Part shown: one piece after another, positions 36,761 to 44,987 of the stretch
Layout: every line of letters starts with the position of its first letter
How positions within the stretch are numbered: the first letter of the stretch is position 1
Source: Bigelowiella natans CCMP2755
Taxonomy: Eukaryota > Protista > Cercozoa
DNA length: 59,615 nt
Direction: 5' to 3'
NCBI GenBank assembly: GCA_000320545.1
Contig: ADNK01002659.1
Coordinates: forward strand, 1 to 59,615
Translations under genes and position numbers: made by a program
The notes under the pieces: model-generated
What the model was told of the DNA's origin: nothing
The model's input: the letters and a program-made list of their open reading frames with translations, nothing else
The model's database searches: none

Positions 36761-38044
36761 AGACCTTCTTCATCAAAGCGTTCCATTGCTCAACAGCCTC
36801 CTCGCCACCAAACTTGCGAAGCACCTCTACAAAGTCATCAGGGCCGACTTGAAAGCTGAAAAACCCTTCTGGCGTGTGCATCCCCCACGAGGTGTACGTG
36901 TCCCATTCCACCGTTTCACCTACCAGAGAATCGGACAATGAAGGGCGCATCATGTTTGCCACAAGTTAGGAAAATATCCGTCCAATCGTGAGCTGTTTGT
37001 GTGGGTTAGCGCTGCTGCGGAAACAACGACTGCGCAAATGTTCCCTTCGCCCTGCCTTAAAGTGAAAGTATCGCCTTCGTCTTCCTTCTAGATTATTTAG
37101 CATCATAATTGCACCGGACAAGAACTCCCATTTCTTCCATAAACTTTTGAAAATCCAACACGAAGTATGAGATGGTGATGCGGATCTACCGATTGCGTCT
37201 AGTACTTGTCGCAGAGGGTTTACCGAGGGAATCGACATTCCTAGTTGAGAAAGATTGTGTGTGTGTGTGTGTGTGTGTGATAGATAGTGAGAAAAGGAAG
37301 GGGGGGGGGGGGGGGGGGAGGAAGTAGATGATAACAACGATTGTTTGATTGTTGTATCTTCCTATCTCAACTAACGGCGCTTTGGGCAAACTAGGGGACA
37401 TACAAGCAAACGACGAGCAAAATAGATCACAAATTAACCTGCGTAGAGGGATGGTCCCGTATCAAAAAGAAAACCGTTTCGCTCAAATCCATGAGCTGCC
37501 CCTCCCGGTAAATAGTGACTTTCGAGAACCAACACGCTATACCCGTAGCGCGCCAACAACGCCGCGCAACACAGGCCTGTAGGGTATAAGCTACAATTAT
37601 GTTTCGTATTGATGCACATAAGAATATGAATGGCACCTCCAATTCCTGAACCAATAACAATGATGTCCGGCTGCTCTTGCTGGCCAGACTGAATGCTTGA
37701 TTTGCTCGAACCTGTCGGCGAAGCACGACCTGTCTGCGCCATTCTCCTACTGCCATGATTTCCATTCTTTCTAGCAATGTGTCTGAAGCGGTATCGGTCG
37801 TATAGAGCGATCAGGAAGGTTTCAACTTTGTTCAAAGGATTGGTTTTCCTTACTCGTTTGGCAATTGAGCCTTCTGCACTCCTCCCCTGGATCGACCTCG
37901 GAAGAATGGCTGGCCATGCGAATAAGTCTATGTTAGCAAGTAATAAATCTCAAATTTACGGGCTAAGAACTCATGCGCCTCACGTTCAGGATCGCATTTG
38001 TGCAGCTTCCGGTACGTTTGACCATAGGGCGCTGCAAGGGCCAT
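33205..38044 (-). CDS. CRTISO/CrtH-like FAD-dependent oxidoreductase (carotenoid isomerase/phytoene desaturase superfamily), probably plastid-targeted
   Basis: DIIVIGSGIGG|LCCAALLARYGYSVLVLESHYLPGGAAHGFERNGFLFDTGPSL, SVNPLRQVLDAIG, PKGGGRAIVDTLVRG, IVVSIPSLLDPSLAPEGHHVVHAY, SPLTHERFLRRHKGAYGP, CGDSCFPGVG|VPAVAASGINAANSI. The start position is approximate. Confidence 0.88.
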
Positions 38045-38239
38045 GGCGACCTGTGTTTCACCGAGAGCAAAGATTCAACATTCGCCTCAAAAACTAGGAG
38101 TACTGCAGACGGGACTTCATTACCTGAACCCAAGCAATGCAACTTGTAGCGCTAACACGAAGGCCGCACACACTGCCACAGCTCTGGAGCACCGACGACG
38201 TGCATGTCCACGTCGACCACCCGGGACCATTCTTCTTGA

Positions 38240-38620
38240 GGTGGAAATTGTGGCTGGATTTCAATCAAGATTGCATCCCCAATACTACCATTTTGTTTCT
38301 GTTCGCATGGCATCGACCAAAGCACTTTTACATCCAAACTGAAAAGATTGTTGAGTGCTCAATGCGACAGATCTCTGATGTTCCTTCAATGCTGCTTTTC
38401 CTAGATGAGATGTTGGAATGCGATTCAATTGTTGCATGTACGCAAACGAAACGTCTCGATGTTCGAATCCCCGAATTTTTCAACATGCGACAATGCGAAG
38501 TTCAATGTTCAACTAGTCAACTAGATCAAATGAAAGGTCACCTACCTGAGAGCCGTGGCCGGCGGGGTGTGAAGCAGACCCTCAAATTTTCTCAGTGTTC
38601 CAGTTGATCGAGGAGGACAC
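38240..38620 (+). mobile_element. Possible heavily decayed non-LTR (LINE) reverse-transcriptase fragment
   Basis: Frame-shifted fragments resembling LINE RT motifs: AGFQ..., ..ATDL*CSF.., GRRGVKQ followed by DPQIFSVF. The region is partially TpA-depleted (about 17 TA in 38101-38880 by hand count). Confidence 0.25.
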
Positions 38621-38651
38621 GGATGAGTTGACTTGTCCAGTGATCCGGCCT

Positions 38652-38674
38652 CATGGGGACTTCAAGTCCCCATG
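38652..38674. repeat. 23-bp near-perfect palindrome
   Basis: CATGGGGACTT-C-AAGTCCCCATG (11-bp arms, 1-nt centre). Confidence 0.9.
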
Positions 38675-38892
38675 CGTGTGCGCGTAGGAGAACACACGTG
38701 CCCATGCACACCACATGCACTTGAAAAGCACACATGGATGCACACATGCATGCATGAGCGTTAACAATGACAACAATTCATAGCGATCAAGGGGTTTGTG
38801 CCAATTTTCAATTGCGACGAACCAGTTGTAAGGTTGCGACACACATGTGTAAAGGCCATTTTTCAAGTTTTTGTTCTGCTTTGGTAAATTTA

Positions 38893-39107
38893 TCTAAATA
38901 AAATACGATAATGATTTCGAAATCAAAATCATTTTTATTTTTGATTTGGAAATCCAAATCATTTTTATTTTTGATTTGCAAATGTGATTTAGGCATATTT
39001 ATCAAATCAGAGGACGATTGTGAATTCCAAATCATTTTTATTTTTGATTTGGAAAAAACAAAGATGGCCATTTCATGGTCACGTGATCGACCGATCTGCG
39101 GGCCTAG
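38893..39107 (+). mobile_element. Candidate short non-autonomous Helitron-like element with three internal hairpin repeats
   Basis: A|TCTAAATAAAAT 5' end and CTAG|T 3' end. An imperfect 16-nt hairpin GGTCACGTGATCGACC ends 11 nt before CTAG. Three ~30-bp repeats AAATCATTTTTATTTTTGATTTG lie inside. It retains TA dinucleotides, unlike its right flank. Confidence 0.4.
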
Positions 39108-39271
39108 TGGACCTTTCGGGTCTTCTCCCATGCCAGCACGCTGCTGTGGAGACAACGGCGTGCAATTTGTGCAAGAATCAACAGGTGCAGTCACTGAACA
39201 CGATTTCAGATGCACCTTGTTTGGTCATCAACTGACGCTGCACGAGCTGCAGCTGCCATGATCAAACAACT

Positions 39272-39597
39272 TGTTGCGCGTAAGGTGTTCACAGGCCGAG
39301 GCGCTACGTGCACAAGTAGGCAGGGGGGGGGAAAGGCACGTTTGCTTCCTTTTGAAGAGTTGTGTTTATTTTTATTAAAGATTATATTTTTATTAAATCG
39401 TGCACTGCGTAATCATTCGCGAAGCTTTCGCGAATGCCGCCGCACGTGGGGCAGCACACTTCCGGTGTGCTGCCATGAGTCCCGCCGGAACCCACGTGCC
39501 CATGCTGTATTAATATCTACGTTATCTATATTCTATATCCGCGACAACCCCTTTGTTGTCGCACGTGACTTGTGCCCGCGTAGTGGTACGCGCTACA
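39272..39597 (-). repeat. 3' LTR (326 bp)
   Basis: Identical to 44662-44987. Terminal imperfect inverted repeat TGTTGCGCGTA / TACGCGCTACA. Confidence 0.97.
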
Positions 39598-39605
39598 CCT
39601 CCCCC
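39598..39605 (-). promoter_or_regulatory. Polypurine tract (GGGGGAGG) abutting the 3' LTR
   Basis: The minus strand reads ...CTTGGGGGAGG|TGTAGCG. Confidence 0.75.
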
Positions 39606-39648
39606 AAGTCACGTTGCTCCTTCCTTCCTTCCTTATTCCCTTAGACCT

Positions 39649-42600
39649 TCATCGCTTTCGGAACTTCACCAACCACCAGGTAATAGATTCCTCTCTAACC
39701 TTATCTCCTTTGTCGCTTACCCAGAACTCACCTTCGTCCTTAGGTTCGTGTCCATACCAGCCCTCTGCATCAAGGTCCCCCAGGACCTTATACCAGTGCT
39801 CAAAGGGTAAGTCGGGAACAGCTAGGTAGAGTAGCTGATATTTTCCGTCCTTTATTTTCATAGCTACCCTCTCCATATTTCGTAATCCAGGGTAGCCTAG
39901 ATAGACAATCTTCATGCGCCAATCGTCGTTCACCCTGACCTTATTGTTTCCATATTCCACATCGAACTTAGGTCGGGGTCCTAAACAAGGCATTGCTCGC
40001 TCCCACACAGTAGGGTTTACTTTAACATCCTCTAGGAGCTTCTCACCGATATCATAATTCTTTAGGTGACTGATGTGGCGCAAGGTGACCCTGTTCCCAT
40101 CATAGATGTAGTACTGCTTCCTCCCCTTCCTCTCGGTAACCTTTGCAACGCCACCCCAGAAGGGGTCTTGTTTATTTCTCGATCTCAGATTTACCTTGGC
40201 CCTAACATACTGTCCTTCCTTTAGAACTCGGCCATCGTACGGGACCTTCTCGTCTTCGCTCTCGGTATCGTCGTCGTTGTCGTCGCCTTCTTCCCTCTCC
40301 TTATCCTTGATACCTCCCCCAGACGTGAAGGTGTCGTTTACTAACCCTTGTATCTTGTCTGGTGTGGTGCTATTTATCCTGCTTAGGTTGGCCAAGGTGC
40401 GGTGGAGTCGCTCTACCTTGGAGTTGGACTGGGCATAGTATACAGGTGAGGCATCAATATTAGGGTGTGGTAGCTGTAGAAGAGAGGTCTCATTATCCAC
40501 ATGTAACTTCTTTGGTATCTTGTTTATGCTAACTTCATCAGGGATAGCCTGGAGCTCAGACTCCCAGGTACGGTAGCAGTTAGTAAGCCTCTGCTTATAT
40601 AAGCCTTTGTTCTTCTTAGCAACGTTGACCTTGATAATCTTTTTAACCCAGCACTTTCCAGTGGCCACATCAACGAAGGTAAGGTAGTGATAGCCATCGT
40701 ACTTATAAACATCAATTTGCACGATATCTAAGAAGTTCCTTGCTTTGATTTTCTTAGATGCACGGCTCTTGCTGGACTCCTTGGTGGCGACGCCTGCCGC
40801 CTTCAAGCTGGAGCACCTGCAGCCACGCAGGTATGTCCTTATCTCTTTTAGCTTGTAGGGCCAGTAGTAATGGTAGAGTAGAGCAGTGATATGGTTTTCT
40901 CCTACGTGTGCAGGTCCATGGGCGGTAAAGAGAAGGGCTCCCCTGGTCCGCCGTGGCACGTAGGTACGCCTAACATTATTAGTGTATACATATATCCTAT
41001 CACTAAGTACCTCATGCTTGTGTTTGTATTTATCCAGGTGTTCTTGAAGGTGCTGGAGCTCCTCTGGCTCAGGCAGGAAGTCGCCGTCCTCGAAGGTAAT
41101 CGCGTTAACCATAGGGGTGACCTGGGTAGGGACTTTCTTTTCGAACAGCCTGCTGAAATAGTCAGCAAGCTGCTTGTCTCCTGGTGCGTAGACCACTGTC
41201 CTCTTGTCCCTAAACTCTTCCGTGTCCGCCCTCATAGCTGCATACTCATCGTTAGGCGCTTCGAGCTTGCGGTCGATGCCTAGGAGGGGCTTGTGGTCAG
41301 TCATTAAGGTGAAGCTGGGCACCGACAGCAGGTAGTATCTTAGTTTCCTCTGCGCCTCAGTCATGGCTTTATACTCTCCTTTTGTAGGGCTGTACTTGGC
41401 CTCAGCTGCTGTGCAGGCCCTGCCCCACACCCGTATGATCTGCTGGTCTTGGGTAAGTACAGCAGCCATACCTAGCTTAGACCAGTCTGTCCATAGGGTA
41501 GCTGGTCTAGTAGTGTCTAGCTTAGCATTCAATAGGGTGTTGCTGCATAACTTTATTAGGTTATCGAAGTGGGCATCAAGGCCAGCCTTGGCCCACACCT
41601 TAGCGAAGCTGAGGCCTACAGAGTTCTCCTTCCGGTAAGCAGTAGTAAAAGCAGCTGCAGTCCTAGCGTAGGTAGGGGAGAACCTACGTAGTATCCAAGC
41701 TGCAGTCTGCAAGAATGACTTTAACTCCTTTGCATTCTTAGGTTTAGGGGCTTGCTGTAGTGCTGCTACTTTCTCGGGGTTTGGGGTGATGCGGCCTTGC
41801 TCCAGGTAATATCCACACCACTTGATTCTTGTAGCTAGGAATGTACACTTCTGCAGTCTAATAGTAAAACCGAAGTGTGCAAACCTAATAAATATATTTT
41901 CCAGGAGGAAGATCTGAGCGACGACTGTGTTGGTACATATTATGTCATCATCCACATACACAAACACAAACACCCACAACACAGACGCCATCCCATCATG
42001 TGTGTATGCCCTGTAGTTCTGACTACTGAACGCATCCCCTGATATGCTTAGGCCGTAAGGGAATACGACGAAGTGCCACTTCCTGTGCCTGCTGGAGAAC
42101 GCGGTAATGGGGCGGGAGGTTTTGTGGATGGGTGTCTGCATGTATGATTCATTTTTATCTAGGGAAGAGTAGTATTTGTATCCTATGACGTGTTCAATAA
42201 CGTCATCTATCCTTGGTGTAGGTGTCTGGATCCTCTTTATTACTCGGTTGTGGCGGATGAAGTTGTGCGCCAGGCGGAAGAAAGGGTAAGTAGGTTTCTT
42301 AGCTAGCACATGTCTCACGTTCCATGGTGAGTTGCTTGGCTCTATCTTCCCTTCCTTTGCCCATTCATTGATCTGCCACTCTATCTTTTCCCAGTCCGCT
42401 TCCGGTCGCCTATGTTCTGGGTCATTGATGATGCACTCTTCGTATCCCTTCTTTAGCTCGATCTTTACTGGGGTAAGCTTGCTGGAGGGCTTCGTCGTCG
42501 GCTTGGTGATGTCAGAGTACTTCTCGTTTAATATTTTATTAATGTACTTTTTGCCTTTGTCGATATCCCAATCATCAGCTGGGGGGGTCTTGTCCAGTAG

Positions 42601-44622
42601 CTCCGTTATCTGTCGGATGGTCTTGCCGGGGTTCTTCTTCCGTAGCTCGGTAGGTGTAGGTAGCTTGTTGTCCGCTAGGTCCATAAACTCTAACGCATTA
42701 ACGCTTGACTCAGAGGTCCACTCGTCAAGCCGTATCATGTTCTGGCTGATGGTCCTGCCTGACTTCTTTGGCAACTTAGCAAAGTATATCTTGTGATTGT
42801 AGAATGATATGATCCCCCCTAATTTTTCTAGGGCATCCTGTCCGAGGAGTAGTTCCATGGATAAAGTCATGGCTACTCGGGTCTTGATTTGGGTCTCCGC
42901 GTCGCTGCCAGGTATCTGTAGCTTTAGCATTAGCTCACCGACGGTCTTCATGGAAGAGCTTCCGTCTGCTTGAGCATATTTACGTTCTTTCTTAGTCACT
43001 TGATCCAATAGTCCTAACCTTCTTACTGTGCTTAGGCTTATGAAGGACTTCGGCATGCTGCCACTATCCCAAAGGGCAGGTAGTTTCTTGTAGTCTCCGT
43101 AGCTGTCTTTAACTTTAACCTTGGTCATAGCAACTTTGATAGTCCTGTTAGCGTCTTCGTCATTAATGTTGCATACTCCTAAGTTCTTTATGTCGTCTAG
43201 GGTCATGGGCTTGTCTTGGTCCTGCGTTGCTGGTACTGCTGTCTTCGTCGGCGCCTGCTTAAGGTGATCTAATATTCCGTTTATCTGCTGCTGTATAGCA
43301 TTGATACTGTTCTGCTTTTTGTTCTTATATTTATTGTTCTTCCCGTTGTTGCTGCCTTGCCATTTGCTGTTGTTATATCCTTGTCCTCTGCCTTTCTTTC
43401 TCTTTAACTTCTCGTAGTGTTCGTTGAGCTGCCTGATCGTCATCCTGGGTCGTCCTTCTTTCCTGTCTCTGCAGTCTTTAGCGGTGTGTTTCCCTTTACG
43501 TGAGCAGTATCCGCAACGTCGGTTACCTTCCCTGTCCTTGTACCAGTCTCGCTGCGGCTTAATAGCGTTAATGTTTCCTATGCCAGGTACCTTAGGGCTG
43601 GTAAACTTGCGGTCCTGCTCCTGCTCGCGTAGGGATATAGCCTGCACTGCTGCCTCCATCGTGGTGTAGCCTTTCTCCGTAACGTAAGTGGATTCCTTTA
43701 TCTTTAACTTGAACTCTTCAAACCTTGCCTGATCATCACCTGTGTTGTAATTAAAATCATGTAGTTCGTCGATCATATCCTGGAAGCGCGTGGCAAAGTC
43801 TCTAACAGGTTCTCTCTCATGCTGCATCATTGCTCTGTATTTTCTAATAGCCTGGGGTAGGGAGTTAGCATCCTGTTCATTTACAAAAGCCTTCATTATC
43901 GCCTCAACGTCTCGTAGCCCACTAACTGTAGTGTGTATTTTCTCTAGCTGCCTGATCCGGGTCCTGCCTGTCTCGTAAAGGTCCATGGCTTGCTTTATTA
44001 TAGCTAGCCATTTGAGCTTGTCGTTTTCGGTGGGGTTAGGGGTAAAGTCGCAGAGTATACTCCTAGCGTTCTTCCACCACCTCCTTGCCTCACCTCTTTT
44101 CCCGTTGTATTTCGTTATCATAACCGGTGCTGTTTTAACAGACATGAACTGGGTGTTCCGCTGTACCGGCTGCTGCTGCTTGACGGTGCTCTGGGTCGTC
44201 CCCCGCGAGGCGCCCAGACCCCCGTCGTTCCTAAACAAAGCTGCCCACTCTGGAGGTAAGTCTGCTTCGTAATCCATGATGTCCTGCATGATAGCTGCCC
44301 AAACATCATGTGTCTGATACTTGTATTCTATCGATACTTTCAGTTTGGCGTAGTTGCTCGCCCTGGGTCGCAAGGCTCGTAATGCCATTACGACCTTCTT
44401 GCTTTCGGCGGCCACGTCCTCGTCGTCCGCCTCGTAGAAGTTCTCCAGTGCCTCTGCTGCTGCATCTGCTTTCTTAATCCCGGGTGCTGGTCCCGGCGGT
44501 GCCTGTGGAGGTGTTCCTCCTCCTTCCTTAGCGTCCGTATCGCCCTTCCTTTCCTGTTTCTGCTCGTGCCCTTGCACGGCCTGCGAGCCAAAGTCCTGCT
44601 GTTCTTCTAGCTGCTGTGACAT
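39649..44622 (-). CDS. Gag-Pol polyprotein (1657 aa): Gag, zinc knuckle, aspartic protease, RT, RNase H, integrase, SH3-like tail and a C-terminal Dam/N6A-MTase-like domain
   Basis: CGYCSRKGKHTAKDC knuckle; ALWDSGS protease; LDKNESYMQ, FPYGL and YVDD RT; WTDWS, TDHKPL and ADYFSR RNase H; HGPAH..YYWP..CRC, VQIDV..TFVDV..HVDN..SNSKVERL integrase; DPFWGG..RHISHLK tail; DW..IVYLGYPG..RVAMKI..LAVPDLPFEHWYKVL. Confidence 0.95.
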   Translation of the reverse strand: MSQQLEEQQDFGSQAVQGHEQKQERKGDTDAKEGGGTPPQAPPGPAPGIKKADAAAEALENFYEADDEDVAAESKKVVMALRALRPRASNYAKLKVSIEYKYQTHDVWAAIMQDIMDYEADLPPEWAALFRNDGGLGASRGTTQSTVKQQQPVQRNTQFMSVKTAPVMITKYNGKRGEARRWWKNARSILCDFTPNPTENDKLKWLAIIKQAMDLYETGRTRIRQLEKIHTTVSGLRDVEAIMKAFVNEQDANSLPQAIRKYRAMMQHEREPVRDFATRFQDMIDELHDFNYNTGDDQARFEEFKLKIKESTYVTEKGYTTMEAAVQAISLREQEQDRKFTSPKVPGIGNINAIKPQRDWYKDREGNRRCGYCSRKGKHTAKDCRDRKEGRPRMTIRQLNEHYEKLKRKKGRGQGYNNSKWQGSNNGKNNKYKNKKQNSINAIQQQINGILDHLKQAPTKTAVPATQDQDKPMTLDDIKNLGVCNINDEDANRTIKVAMTKVKVKDSYGDYKKLPALWDSGSMPKSFISLSTVRRLGLLDQVTKKERKYAQADGSSSMKTVGELMLKLQIPGSDAETQIKTRVAMTLSMELLLGQDALEKLGGIISFYNHKIYFAKLPKKSGRTISQNMIRLDEWTSESSVNALEFMDLADNKLPTPTELRKKNPGKTIRQITELLDKTPPADDWDIDKGKKYINKILNEKYSDITKPTTKPSSKLTPVKIELKKGYEECIINDPEHRRPEADWEKIEWQINEWAKEGKIEPSNSPWNVRHVLAKKPTYPFFRLAHNFIRHNRVIKRIQTPTPRIDDVIEHVIGYKYYSSLDKNESYMQTPIHKTSRPITAFSSRHRKWHFVVFPYGLSISGDAFSSQNYRAYTHDGMASVLWVFVFVYVDDDIICTNTVVAQIFLLENIFIRFAHFGFTIRLQKCTFLATRIKWCGYYLEQGRITPNPEKVAALQQAPKPKNAKELKSFLQTAAWILRRFSPTYARTAAAFTTAYRKENSVGLSFAKVWAKAGLDAHFDNLIKLCSNTLLNAKLDTTRPATLWTDWSKLGMAAVLTQDQQIIRVWGRACTAAEAKYSPTKGEYKAMTEAQRKLRYYLLSVPSFTLMTDHKPLLGIDRKLEAPNDEYAAMRADTEEFRDKRTVVYAPGDKQLADYFSRLFEKKVPTQVTPMVNAITFEDGDFLPEPEELQHLQEHLDKYKHKHEVLSDRIYVYTNNVRRTYVPRRTRGALLFTAHGPAHVGENHITALLYHYYWPYKLKEIRTYLRGCRCSSLKAAGVATKESSKSRASKKIKARNFLDIVQIDVYKYDGYHYLTFVDVATGKCWVKKIIKVNVAKKNKGLYKQRLTNCYRTWESELQAIPDEVSINKIPKKLHVDNETSLLQLPHPNIDASPVYYAQSNSKVERLHRTLANLSRINSTTPDKIQGLVNDTFTSGGGIKDKEREEGDDNDDDTESEDEKVPYDGRVLKEGQYVRAKVNLRSRNKQDPFWGGVAKVTERKGRKQYYIYDGNRVTLRHISHLKNYDIGEKLLEDVKVNPTVWERAMPCLGPRPKFDVEYGNNKVRVNDDWRMKIVYLGYPGLRNMERVAMKIKDGKYQLLYLAVPDLPFEHWYKVLGDLDAEGWYGHEPKDEGEFWVSDKGDKVREESITWWLVKFRKR

Positions 44623-44638
44623 TGTTAGTCAAATCGTT

Positions 44639-44656
44639 TCCCGTGTGTGGAAGCCA
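44639..44656 (-). promoter_or_regulatory. Candidate tRNA primer-binding site TGGCTTCCACACACGGGA
   Basis: Begins with TGG (complement of the tRNA CCA) 5 nt after the 5' LTR. The cognate tRNA was not identified. Confidence 0.55.
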
Positions 44657-44661
44657 AAGGT

Positions 44662-44987
44662 TGTTGCGCGTAAGGTGTTCACAGGCCGAGGCGCTACGTG
44701 CACAAGTAGGCAGGGGGGGGGAAAGGCACGTTTGCTTCCTTTTGAAGAGTTGTGTTTATTTTTATTAAAGATTATATTTTTATTAAATCGTGCACTGCGT
44801 AATCATTCGCGAAGCTTTCGCGAATGCCGCCGCACGTGGGGCAGCACACTTCCGGTGTGCTGCCATGAGTCCCGCCGGAACCCACGTGCCCATGCTGTAT
44901 TAATATCTACGTTATCTATATTCTATATCCGCGACAACCCCTTTGTTGTCGCACGTGACTTGTGCCCGCGTAGTGGTACGCGCTACA
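44662..44987 (-). repeat. 5' LTR (326 bp)
   Basis: Identical to 39272-39597. On the minus strand it has an AT-rich TATA-like block, GC hairpins and repeated AATAAA. Confidence 0.97.

Larger units (their letters stand above)
39272..44987 (-). mobile_element. Full-length, recently inserted Ty3/gypsy-type LTR retrotransposon
   Basis: Two identical 326-bp LTRs with TG...CA ends, a 4-bp TSD AACT (39268-39271 and 44988-44991), a single intact Gag-Pol ORF with PR-RT-RH-IN order, and PPT and PBS candidates. Confidence 0.97.

Noticed and set aside
38455-38480. tRNA or SINE B-box GTTCGAATCCC
   Set aside because: No convincing A-box or cloverleaf around it.
39649-40032. Chromodomain or env gene at the end of Pol
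   Set aside because: No chromodomain Y.VKW.G pattern and no signal peptide or TM helix. The pattern fits an MTase-like alpha/beta fold better.
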